A DNA stretch of 64,000 bases from Candidatus Binatia bacterium (lineage in GTDB: Bacteria > Desulfobacterota > Binatia > Bin18), in the NCBI GenBank assembly GCA_963667495.1, contig OY763426.1, positions 4,878,927-4,942,926 of the forward strand. The letters are read 5' to 3'. The position numbers were made by a program, and so were the translations under genes. The notes under the pieces were generated by a model, which was given only the letters and a program-made list of their open reading frames with translations, searched no databases and was not told the origin of the DNA. Below, piece by piece: positions 37,685-45,422 of the stretch; the first letter of the stretch is position 1, and every line of letters begins with the position of its first letter.

Positions 37685-39048
37685 CAGTTATCGCTCTCCT
37701 CGGGAACCTCTGACATGGCTTCGTTGTACTCGGCAATCCACTGTTCGGCTTCTTCGGCGGTGTAGGTTCCGGTAATGGCCCTACTATTTCCTGGCAGTTC
37801 ATTACTGGCTGGCTGGTCAATGTTCGGTGTCAGCCTTTCTCGAAACTGTTTTACTGCTCCATGGGGCAAACCTTCGACAAGGGAATCCAAGTGTCCTTGA
37901 CTCAGTCCGCCGGCGAAAATCGCTCCACTCAGATCGCTCTCTTTACCAATCTTCTCATTTATACGGTTTTCAAATGAATAGAAAATTTCCCTTTGGCTGG
38001 TGACCCCTTGTAGCTGGACTTCCCCAAGCGTAGCCGCTTGCAACTCTACTCCGGTAAGATCAGCCCCTTGAAATTGTGCCCCGCTAAGATGAGAGCCTTG
38101 CATCCGTGCATCACCAAGCATAGCTCCTTGGAACTGTGCAAAATGGAGAAGGGACCCTTGAAAATTTGCACCGGCAAGAAAGGCTCCCTGGAAACGTGCT
38201 TCGTTGAGAATAGCTCCTTGCAAATGCACCTCGTGGAGACTCGCCCCTTGGAAGTATGATCCACGGAGGTAAGCCACTTGTAATTGTGTCTCGTAGAGGC
38301 GAGATCTCTGCAACTGAGCCCCATCAAGGTCGGCTCCTGCCATCAGAGCCCATCTAAGATTAGCACTCTGTAGATATGCCTTGATTAGGTTGGCCTTTTC
38401 TAAACGCGCTCTCGGAAGATTAGCTCCATTCAGCCAGCTCTCCTGCAAATTGACATGAAGTCTGTTGAAGACTTCGTGCTCCTGTACGAACAGCAGGGTC
38501 AGCAGGCTTTGAATTTCCTCCGAAGGTTTCGACTTATACTTTTCTCTGTATTTGCTTTCACCCGTTGTCTGGCGGATATGGGCACAGAGAATATCCAGTA
38601 CGGTCTGACGTAGCTCTTTCGTATCTTCCGCCAGGTGGAACAGTTCGTAAGCCCCACCCAAACGTACAGAATCCGACTCATGCCCCAAGTGCTCAATGGC
38701 GTTTTTCAGGCGTTCCTGCCTCTGCCCCTGTTCGGTGTTCTGGTTAGCTTTCGCCTGTTCCTCCGCCGCGTTTTCCATGGCTTTGGCGCGTTTATTAGCA
38801 ATGACAGCCTGAATGGCGAGAATGACGCCACCCATGCTAATCCCCAGAAATTTTAGAGCCTCGTTTTTTTCGGATGCCCCTAAAATCTGAACAACATATT
38901 TCTCAGCACTTTCGCAGGACATGACCAACACAAAAGCGCTCAGCAATACGACAAGCACAATGCCGGAAAGGCCGATCAGAACGGTTGAAACCGGGTTCGT
39001 CTTGAACGCTGGGCCAAGACGACTCAGTAGACTTGAGAGAAGACTCAT
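37684..39048 (-). CDS. Membrane-anchored pentapeptide-repeat protein (paralog 1)
   Basis: Two N-terminal TM helices, a HEAT-like helical region, about 20 consecutive pentapeptide repeats (ANLxxAxLxxAxLxGAxL...), and an acidic C-tail ITGTYTAEEAEQWIAEYNEAMSEVPEESDN. Start at MSLLSSLL chosen by alignment with paralog 2 and the ATGA overlap with the upstream gene. Confidence 0.7.
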   Translation of the reverse strand: MSLLSSLLSRLGPAFKTNPVSTVLIGLSGIVLVVLLSAFVLVMSCESAEKYVVQILGASEKNEALKFLGISMGGVILAIQAVIANKRAKAMENAAEEQAKANQNTEQGQRQERLKNAIEHLGHESDSVRLGGAYELFHLAEDTKELRQTVLDILCAHIRQTTGESKYREKYKSKPSEEIQSLLTLLFVQEHEVFNRLHVNLQESWLNGANLPRARLEKANLIKAYLQSANLRWALMAGADLDGAQLQRSRLYETQLQVAYLRGSYFQGASLHEVHLQGAILNEARFQGAFLAGANFQGSLLHFAQFQGAMLGDARMQGSHLSGAQFQGADLTGVELQAATLGEVQLQGVTSQREIFYSFENRINEKIGKESDLSGAIFAGGLSQGHLDSLVEGLPHGAVKQFRERLTPNIDQPASNELPGNSRAITGTYTAEEAEQWIAEYNEAMSEVPEESDN

Positions 39049-39851
39049 CGTTTCACAACCTGCCTCAATAATTCCAGAGCGGATTCCGACTCCAACCAGT
39101 ACTTGCCGAACAATTTCCAATACGCATAGGCTTGGTCGGCTCCTCCGTGAGAAATATAGCCTTCGATCTGGGATTTCGGCCTGGGATGTCTCTTTTTCAA
39201 CAGCTCCCTGCCGACCAAGGGCAGCTCAGCAACACAATGCTCCAGCGCCGTCCGCGCCTCCTCGTCGCGTCCAAGACGCGCAAGCGCTAACGCCTCCGAA
39301 TAGAGGGTTTCGGGAGCAATGTCGTCCCGATACTTCCGGCAATGCGTAACAATTCTCGCTGGTGCGTTTTTTTCAAACCAACATTTCGGCAGCAGATACC
39401 TCACTCCCTGATTGTCGTTTGGGTTCACAGACAAAAGCCGTCTAAAAATCTCGATGGCCTCATCGTACCTGGCGTTGTGGAGATTCCACACACCGAGGCT
39501 GTGGTAGGCTCTCAGGAAGGGACGATTCTCCAACCACAGCCACTCCAGCCTCGCGGTTTTCCAGCTAAATTTCTGGGGAAGCGCGTGCAGTCCGATACCG
39601 ACGGCGGCTTGACAACAAATGTACGCTTCCGTCTCCCTTCCCTGCTCGCGGTAGATCAGCGAGAGATGATGAATTGCGTCTATGTGACGAGGACATTCCG
39701 CTACGATGGACTGGAGCATTTTTTCCGCGACTTCATCGTGACCCTTCTCCCAAATATCCAAGGCTTGATCGAACCTTTCAAAAATCTCAGGAGTGAAGGT
39801 CGAATCCTCCTCGAAACCCCAGTTGTTTTTTTCCATCTCCACCAGTTTCAT
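39045..39851 (-). CDS. TPR-like helical-repeat protein
   Basis: 268 aa of alpha-helical repeat composition (AYHSLGVWNLHNARYDEAIEIFRRLLSVNPND). GGAGGA SD. Its stop overlaps the start of paralog 1. Confidence 0.55.
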   Translation of the reverse strand: MKLVEMEKNNWGFEEDSTFTPEIFERFDQALDIWEKGHDEVAEKMLQSIVAECPRHIDAIHHLSLIYREQGRETEAYICCQAAVGIGLHALPQKFSWKTARLEWLWLENRPFLRAYHSLGVWNLHNARYDEAIEIFRRLLSVNPNDNQGVRYLLPKCWFEKNAPARIVTHCRKYRDDIAPETLYSEALALARLGRDEEARTALEHCVAELPLVGRELLKKRHPRPKSQIEGYISHGGADQAYAYWKLFGKYWLESESALELLRQVVKR

Positions 39852-39926
39852 AATGTTTTTCCTCCAGGATACACGGGCGACAGTGGACGAGGGATTCGTT
39901 TGGGGTAAATCAGTGTCGGGGGAGCA

Positions 39927-41288
39927 TCAGTTATCAAGCTCTGTCGGAACCTCTGACATGGCTTTTTTGTATTCGGCAATCCACTGTTCGGCTTCTTCTG
40001 CGGTGTAGGCTCCCGTAATGGCGAGGCTGTTTTCTGGTAGTTCACGAATTGCCGGCTTACCAATGTGAGGCTTCAGCTTCTCTCGCAATTCTTTCGCCTT
40101 CTCATCGGGCAAACATCCGGTAAAGGAATCCAGGTCTTCCTGGCTCAACTCTCCCTCAAAAATAATCCCGTTGAGGTCACTTCCTACGCCAACTCTGTTT
40201 TTCATTAGCTCTTCAAACGGAGGTAAAAGCCCTCCGCTTACGCTGCTGATGACCCCTTGCATCTTTGTCCCGTGTAGAACGGCCCCTTGCATCTTTGCCG
40301 CGCCCAAACTAGCCCCTTGCATCTCTGCCGCGCGCAGATAAGACCCCTGTAGTCGTGCAAGGCGCAGATCGGCCCCTTGCATCTTTACTCCCGAAAGATT
40401 CGCCTCTTGTAGGCGTGCTAGGCTCAGATCAGCCCCTTGCAGGCCCGCCATGACAAGATCAGTCTCCTGTAGCTGTGCTCCACCAAGCCTAGCCCCTTGT
40501 AGACGCGTCCAGGAAAGCTCGGCTCCTTGAAGGTTCGCCTCACGAAGATTAGCCATTTGCAGATGCGTATCGCTAAGGTCAGCCTTTTGTAGAGACGACT
40601 CGCTGAGATCAACCCCTTCTAACCACGCACCGGCCATAAAGGCGTTCTCTAAACGTGCCCCCCTGAGATTGGCCATGTCCAGCCAACTCCCCTGCAAGTT
40701 AATATGCAGCCCTTTGAAGACGTTATGCTCCTGTACGAACAACAAGGTAAGTAGGCTTTGAATTTCTTCCGAAGGTTTTGACTGATACTTTTCTCTGTAT
40801 TTGCTTTCACCCGTCGTCCGTCGGATATGAGAGCATAGGATGTCCAAGACCGTCTTGCGCAACTCTTTGGTATCTTGTGCCAGATGGAACAGTTCGTAAG
40901 CTCCACCAAGGCGCACGGAGGCATTGTCATGTCCCAGGTGCTCGACGGCGTTTTTCAGGCGTTCCTGCCGCTGGCCTTGCTCGGTATTCTGGTTGGCTTT
41001 TACCTGTTCTTCCGTGGCCTTGGCTTGGGCCTTTGCGGCCTCAGCCTGCGCGTTCGCGGTGTCCTCCAGCGCTTTGGCACGTTTGTAGGACATCAAGGCT
41101 TGCAAGGCGAGCAGGACGCCGCCCATGCCGATGCCGAGAAATTTCAGGATTGAGTTTTTTGTGTGTAAGCCTAAGCGTTCCCCTACCCACCCCTCACAGG
41201 TCTCACAGAACACGACGGACGAGAAGAGCGTCACCAACATGACGAGTAGGCCGACAAGGCTGTACTGGAAAATGAGAAAAAGACTCAT
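39927..41288 (-). CDS. Membrane-anchored pentapeptide-repeat protein (paralog 2)
   Basis: Same architecture as 37684..39048. The coiled-coil (NQNTEQGQRQERLKNA.EHLGH), HEAT-like and C-tail regions are near-identical to paralog 1. Confidence 0.7.
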   Translation of the reverse strand: MSLFLIFQYSLVGLLVMLVTLFSSVVFCETCEGWVGERLGLHTKNSILKFLGIGMGGVLLALQALMSYKRAKALEDTANAQAEAAKAQAKATEEQVKANQNTEQGQRQERLKNAVEHLGHDNASVRLGGAYELFHLAQDTKELRKTVLDILCSHIRRTTGESKYREKYQSKPSEEIQSLLTLLFVQEHNVFKGLHINLQGSWLDMANLRGARLENAFMAGAWLEGVDLSESSLQKADLSDTHLQMANLREANLQGAELSWTRLQGARLGGAQLQETDLVMAGLQGADLSLARLQEANLSGVKMQGADLRLARLQGSYLRAAEMQGASLGAAKMQGAVLHGTKMQGVISSVSGGLLPPFEELMKNRVGVGSDLNGIIFEGELSQEDLDSFTGCLPDEKAKELREKLKPHIGKPAIRELPENSLAITGAYTAEEAEQWIAEYKKAMSEVPTELDN

Positions 41289-41337
41289 CGCAGAGCACTG
41301 ACTATGAACTTATCTCACAATGACCCCTCACCCTAGC

Positions 41338-42567
41338 CCTCTCCCCCCAGGGGCTCAGGTCCCGACAGTTTTGGGTAAGATGGGGAGATGGGGGATGAAG
41401 GCGAAGTCGGCGGCTAAGGGGCGGTCAAGGGCGAGCCAGCGCGTGAAGAGGCGCAAGCCGAGTTGGAGGACGCTATGGCGCCAGCGTTTGCCGTACGTCA
41501 CTTCCCGGCGCAGGCGGGGGTGGCGAATGACCTGCGTGCCCACACTACTCATCCAGGCGGAGGCCAAGGCCAAGACGAGCCACAAGCGATTGGCGTGGGC
41601 GGGCGAGCGAATCTGGGAGCGGTGCCACTGCCAGCCGCCCGATTTCAAGTCCCGAAACGCGGCCTCTTCCCACATCCGCAGCCCATACCAGTTCGCCTGC
41701 GCCTGGGACCAATTGGTCAACAACAGCCAGGGCTGGGCATAGCGGCCTTGCCAGCGGCCCACGGCCCAACACGGGCGCCAGCCCCGTTTCTTGAACGCCC
41801 GCACCGCTCCCGCCCAGCGGGCGCCAGGTTTAGGGACCAGCGTCCCAAAGGCCACCTCTCGGCCTGCCACCTGAAGGCGGACCGTCCGCTGCACCCGGAC
41901 CAAGAAGAACCAGCCCAGCGCCTCAATGGCCGCCAGCAAGTCCGGGCTACAGCCAATCCCCCGGTCGGCTTGGACCAAGACCGGGCAGCCCGCCGGGACA
42001 TGCGGCGCGACTTGGTGCAGCAAGGTGCGAATCAAGGCCACTTGGCCCATCGGCCACGCCGTCTGGCGATAACACCACCACGCCAGCGGCAGGGCGCGCC
42101 CACGATAAGCCAGACTGACGACCATGACCTTGAGATGCGCTTGGAGACTGGTCTCATCGACCAGCAGCACGAGCGGGCCGGGGGAGTGGAGCCGGCGCAG
42201 AATCCAGGCCGTCAAGCCCTGCGCCCCGACGCGCCAATCGAGCCGCGGATTGGCCACAAACCGTTGGAGGCGGCGCTCCACCGTGTCCGGCTTGCCCAAG
42301 GTGGGCAGCGCTTCGGCTACCCCGCGTTGCGAACACCGCCGGGCGACCGCTACTCCCCAGCTAAAGGCTGCCCAGACTTTGGCCTGCGACTTGCGCACCT
42401 GGGGAATCTGGCGTGCAACCGTGTCCATCCACTGATATACTGCGCGCTGTTGACTCATGGGGACCTCCCGGGACCGTGGACTTGTGAGATGGCCCACCAT
42501 GCCCCGGCCAACCCGCATGAGTCAACGCTCACAAACTGTCGGGTCTTCAGCCCCCAAGGGGGAGGGA
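41338..42567 (-). mobile_element. IS element (DDE transposase, IS4/IS5-superfamily-like), about 1.2 kb, with imperfect terminal inverted repeats
   Basis: Terminal IRs GGGGCTCAGGTCCCGACAGTTT (about 41350-41371) and CAAACTGTCGGGTCTTCAGCCCCC (about 42532-42555). The transposase ORF ends inside the IR. The flanks look like two halves of a CCCTCTCCCC...GGGGGAGGG hairpin. Confidence 0.6.
41355..42458 (-). CDS. IS-element DDE transposase
   Basis: LVLLVDETSL (D1 region), LVQADRGIG (D2), WEEAAFRDLK (the Y-x2-R-x3-E-x6-K-like block of DDE_Tnp_1). Start at MSQQRAVYQW, or possibly the upstream M at 42518. Confidence 0.7.
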   Translation of the reverse strand: MSQQRAVYQWMDTVARQIPQVRKSQAKVWAAFSWGVAVARRCSQRGVAEALPTLGKPDTVERRLQRFVANPRLDWRVGAQGLTAWILRRLHSPGPLVLLVDETSLQAHLKVMVVSLAYRGRALPLAWWCYRQTAWPMGQVALIRTLLHQVAPHVPAGCPVLVQADRGIGCSPDLLAAIEALGWFFLVRVQRTVRLQVAGREVAFGTLVPKPGARWAGAVRAFKKRGWRPCWAVGRWQGRYAQPWLLLTNWSQAQANWYGLRMWEEAAFRDLKSGGWQWHRSQIRSPAHANRLWLVLALASAWMSSVGTQVIRHPRLRREVTYGKRWRHSVLQLGLRLFTRWLALDRPLAADFAFIPHLPILPKTVGT

Positions 42568-42590
42568 ATAGGACTCGTGCAACGGGACGC

Positions 42591-42800
42591 TCAATGCAAT
42601 GTTCTCCCGGTCTGACGGTCCTTCTCTGCCTTCTTGACCTCGGCACGTGCCTCGGCTGCAAGCTCCTTGCAAGGGTCGGAACAGTATTTACGACGGGACG
42701 CGAACAGCGTCATGAACCGGTGGACCTACCTGTCACAGGCGGCGCAGACCCAATAGTCCCACCGACGCCCCTTACTGTGTTTGTGAATACGGCTGCTCAT
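42591..42800 (-). pseudogene. Zinc-ribbon ORF interrupted by an in-frame TAG at 42726..42728. Possible disrupted partner of the upstream AbrB-like gene.
   Basis: MSSRIHKHSKGRRWDYWVCAACDR then TAG, then VHRFMTLFASRRKYCSDPCKELAAEARAEVKKAEKDRQTGRTLH. Forms a CxxC-x17-CxxC ribbon. Starts 19 nt after the AbrB-like stop and ends about 14 nt before the IS end. Confidence 0.25.
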
Positions 42801-42818
42801 AAGAGGTTGAGACTGGGT

Positions 42819-43043
42819 TCATCCGGTACGACGAGACCACGCTACTGCCTCATCAATGTCAGTCTCAGATAGCCCGAGTTCGGCCAGCTTGGCCCGCACG
42901 GCACCCTCCCGTTCGAGACGCACAGGTGTCAGCACGATGCAGCCGCTCTCTTCAGTCACCTCGAAATACTCAGTGTCTTTGAAATTGGACAACACCGCTT
43001 TCGGAAGGGTCAGTTGGTTTTTGGACGTGAGCCTGGCGAGCAT
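42819..43043 (-). CDS. AbrB/MazE/SpoVT-family antitoxin-like DNA-binding protein
   Basis: The MLARLTSKNQLTLPKAVL swapped-hairpin N-terminus is typical of AbrB/MazE. Confidence 0.6.
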   Translation of the reverse strand: MLARLTSKNQLTLPKAVLSNFKDTEYFEVTEESGCIVLTPVRLEREGAVRAKLAELGLSETDIDEAVAWSRRTG

Positions 43044-43045
43044 AA

Positions 43046-43300
43046 TTACTTCCCTAGTAAGGCAATGTCGTATTGACTCTGGAGTTCGAGCCAGAAACCG
43101 GGCCGGTTGCCGAAATAACAGCTAAGCCGCACCGCTGTCTCGGCAGTGATTGACCGGCGGCCATTCAAAATATCGGTGATGCGGTCGGAGGGCACCCCAA
43201 GGGCGAGAGCCAATCTATTGGCGCTCAGGTTACGCGCCTCAAGTTCGCGTTTCAGCAGTCTGCCGGGATGTGAAATTACGCACGCCATAGGTACCGCCAT
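43046..43300 (-). CDS. HigA-family (XRE HTH) antitoxin-like protein
   Basis: HPGRLLKRELEARNLSANRLALALGVPSDRITDILNGRRSITAETAVRLSCYFGNRPGFWLELQSQYDI matches the HigA consensus. No HigB-like ORF is evident upstream. Confidence 0.6.
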   Translation of the reverse strand: MAVPMACVISHPGRLLKRELEARNLSANRLALALGVPSDRITDILNGRRSITAETAVRLSCYFGNRPGFWLELQSQYDIALLGK

Positions 43301-43360
43301 ACTGAATAATTTGATCGGTATGGATGGCGAGGACATCCGCCAGGGTGAGATAGTCACGCT

Positions 43361-43588
43361 TCAATTTGCGAGTTTCTTATATAACGAGCCGAAACGGGCA
43401 TGACTCTTCTGGTAAGCGTCCAGCACATGTGTTCGTGCCTTTCCCTGCCGACGTTCTTCGAGAAGCGTCCTTACGGCTTCTTCAACAAGGGTCTGAATCT
43501 GGCACCCCTCGGCTTCCGCCAAAATACGCAGGTCTGCCAGCAGGGTGCTCTCGATTTGCGTTGCGAATTTCTCGCGGATTTGCGGCAT
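43361..43588 (-). CDS. Ribbon-helix-helix (ParD/CopG-like) small protein
   Basis: The about 75 aa MPQIREKFATQIESTLLADLRILAEAEG...LVEEAVRTLLEERRQGK has an RHH-like pattern. Start set at MPQIREKF. Confidence 0.4.
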   Translation of the reverse strand: MPQIREKFATQIESTLLADLRILAEAEGCQIQTLVEEAVRTLLEERRQGKARTHVLDAYQKSHARFGSLYKKLAN

Positions 43589-43641
43589 ATTCCTTTCCAC
43601 CTTTTCGACACAGTTACGATATCTTCTCGTTTCCTGAAACG

Positions 43642-44214
43642 TCAAGGCATCCGGCGAAACCAGTCCCGGACCGTGGCCAGCAGAGAAGACGGCGCGGATG
43701 GCGTGGTGGCAGGAGGGGCAGCCAGGCTGCGGCTCTCCTCCCACCACTCGACGTGAGTCAGGTGGAGTTGGGCGATGCGGGCGATGGCAGGAATGAGTTG
43801 AGTCGTGATGAACGCCTTGTTCACCGCGCTTTCAAGCAGCAGGTCTGTCTGAGCGATATAGTTCTCGGTGCTGGAACTCAGGCTTGAGATGATGGCACCG
43901 TCGGTCATACCGGGCACTGCTGTCTTCAGGGCGCTCCCCTCAAGCCGGGCTAGGGCTTTCTGGACGACGAGTCGGGTTGCGGAGTCAGGAGTGTCAACGA
44001 GAAAAATGAGGGAGAGATAGCGCAACGTCGAGCTGTGGGGCTTTGGCTGGGCAATGCGACACAGCCCGGAGAGCGCCTCGTTTCCGGAACGCTCCAGCGT
44101 GAACTCAAAGAACGCCAGCATTTGCTCGCCGGCATACAGGTCAATCAACTCCTGTCTGAGGTCGATGACGCCCTGCGGTCCCTGTCTATTCCCCGTGTCC
44201 TTTATTTTCTCCAT
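43642..44214 (-). CDS. Hypothetical protein
   Basis: 190 aa. No family recognised. Lies downstream of the amidohydrolase operon terminator. Confidence 0.35.
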   Translation of the reverse strand: MEKIKDTGNRQGPQGVIDLRQELIDLYAGEQMLAFFEFTLERSGNEALSGLCRIAQPKPHSSTLRYLSLIFLVDTPDSATRLVVQKALARLEGSALKTAVPGMTDGAIISSLSSSTENYIAQTDLLLESAVNKAFITTQLIPAIARIAQLHLTHVEWWEESRSLAAPPATTPSAPSSLLATVRDWFRRMP

Positions 44215-44239
44215 ACCTACGCCTCCGACGCTCGAAAGC

Positions 44240-44270
44240 GAAAAAAAAGGGCGCCCTTTTTGGACGCCCC
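44240..44270 (-). terminator. Rho-independent terminator candidate (minus strand)
   Basis: The minus-strand sequence GGCGTCC-AAAAA-GGGCGCC forms a 7 bp stem with one G-U pair and is followed by T8. Located 23 nt after the amidohydrolase stop at 44293. Confidence 0.5.
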
Positions 44271-44292
44271 GGTTTGTACGCTTGCCAGTCTC

Positions 44293-45396
44293 TTAGTCCA
44301 GGTTATACAGCTCGGCCACGTTGTCGTGAAGAATCCAGTTCTTCTCTTCTTCGGTGAGGTGGGCGGTGTGCTTTTCGAGTATTTCCTGCGACCACGGCCA
44401 GGTCGAGTCGCTGTGCGGGAAGTCGTTGGCCCACATCAGACGGCGCGGGTTGCACATATCTTTCATGCGGAACGCCACCCAGTCGTCCTGAAAGGTGGTG
44501 TAGATATGTTCGCTGAAATACTCGCTCGGCATCTTTGACAGTTCCTGGCCGGGTTTCAGCCAGTAGCGGTGCCGGTCGTAGGCATGATCCATGCGGTACA
44601 TATAGTGTGGCACCCAGCCGGCATCTGCTTCGACACACACGATTTTCAGTTTGGGGTTACGTTCAAACACGCCGCCCAGGATAAACGTGCCCATCAGGTC
44701 CTGGTTGCCCCGAATAATGGACAGGAAGCCGTTCAGCTTCGGTCCGCGCGGAGAGGAGCCGACCACATCGCTCCGGCTGGTGAGGATGTGAAAACTCAGC
44801 GGCATCTGCATGTCGATGGCCGCCTGCCAGAATACGTCGTAGAGCGGGTCGTCATAATCGGACACCTGAGGATTGCCCGGCATCATCACTCCGCGCAGAC
44901 CCAGCTCTTTGATCTTGCGCAGGTCGGCTATGCCCTCATCAACCGAACGCATGGCGGTCTGGCCCAGGCCGATCAGGCGGTCCGGATGGGCGGAGCAGTA
45001 TTCCGCGATCCATTCGTTATAAGCGTCAAAGCAGGCTTTTTTATAGTCGAAGTCGGAGTGATTACACAGCAGCATGCCAACAGTGGGATAGATAACCTCG
45101 GCGGCAACGCCGTCCCGGTCCTGGTCGGCCAGACGCGCTTCCGGGTCCCAGCCGCCACGGTGCAGGTCCTCAAACTTGGCACCGAACATAGCGAGGTCTT
45201 CGGCCTTCTGCCCGGCAGCGGCAACCAGACCCATGGGGACCGGCTGCTTCATGCCACTGATAACGAATAGATCACCCTTCTTCTCGTCGTGGATCATGTG
45301 CGGCGCGGTATCTTTATACTTCTTGTCAATACGATCCACATAGGTGCCCGGTGGTTCGGTGATATGCGAATCAGAAGAGATAATGGGTTTGAGCAT
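44293..45396 (-). CDS. Amidohydrolase-2 family protein (PF04909-like, ACMSD/metal-dependent hydrolase)
   Basis: N-terminal IISSDSHITEP (metal-binding His pair region), HIL...H...D pattern, about 367 aa TIM-barrel hydrolase. Confidence 0.8.
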   Translation of the reverse strand: MLKPIISSDSHITEPPGTYVDRIDKKYKDTAPHMIHDEKKGDLFVISGMKQPVPMGLVAAAGQKAEDLAMFGAKFEDLHRGGWDPEARLADQDRDGVAAEVIYPTVGMLLCNHSDFDYKKACFDAYNEWIAEYCSAHPDRLIGLGQTAMRSVDEGIADLRKIKELGLRGVMMPGNPQVSDYDDPLYDVFWQAAIDMQMPLSFHILTSRSDVVGSSPRGPKLNGFLSIIRGNQDLMGTFILGGVFERNPKLKIVCVEADAGWVPHYMYRMDHAYDRHRYWLKPGQELSKMPSEYFSEHIYTTFQDDWVAFRMKDMCNPRRLMWANDFPHSDSTWPWSQEILEKHTAHLTEEEKNWILHDNVAELYNLD

Positions 45397-45422
45397 GTAG
45401 TGCTTCTCCTTGTGTAGCGGCC

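Noticed and set aside
41463-42872. 469 aa plus-strand ORF
   Set aside because: It lies antisense to the IS transposase and the zinc-ribbon ORF. The composition is Arg/Pro/Gly-rich and typical of the wrong strand of high-GC genes. There is no family resemblance.
43146-43403. 85 aa plus-strand ORF that might be a HigB partner
   Set aside because: It is antisense to the HigA-like and RHH genes. The sequence does not match the RelE/HigB fold pattern.
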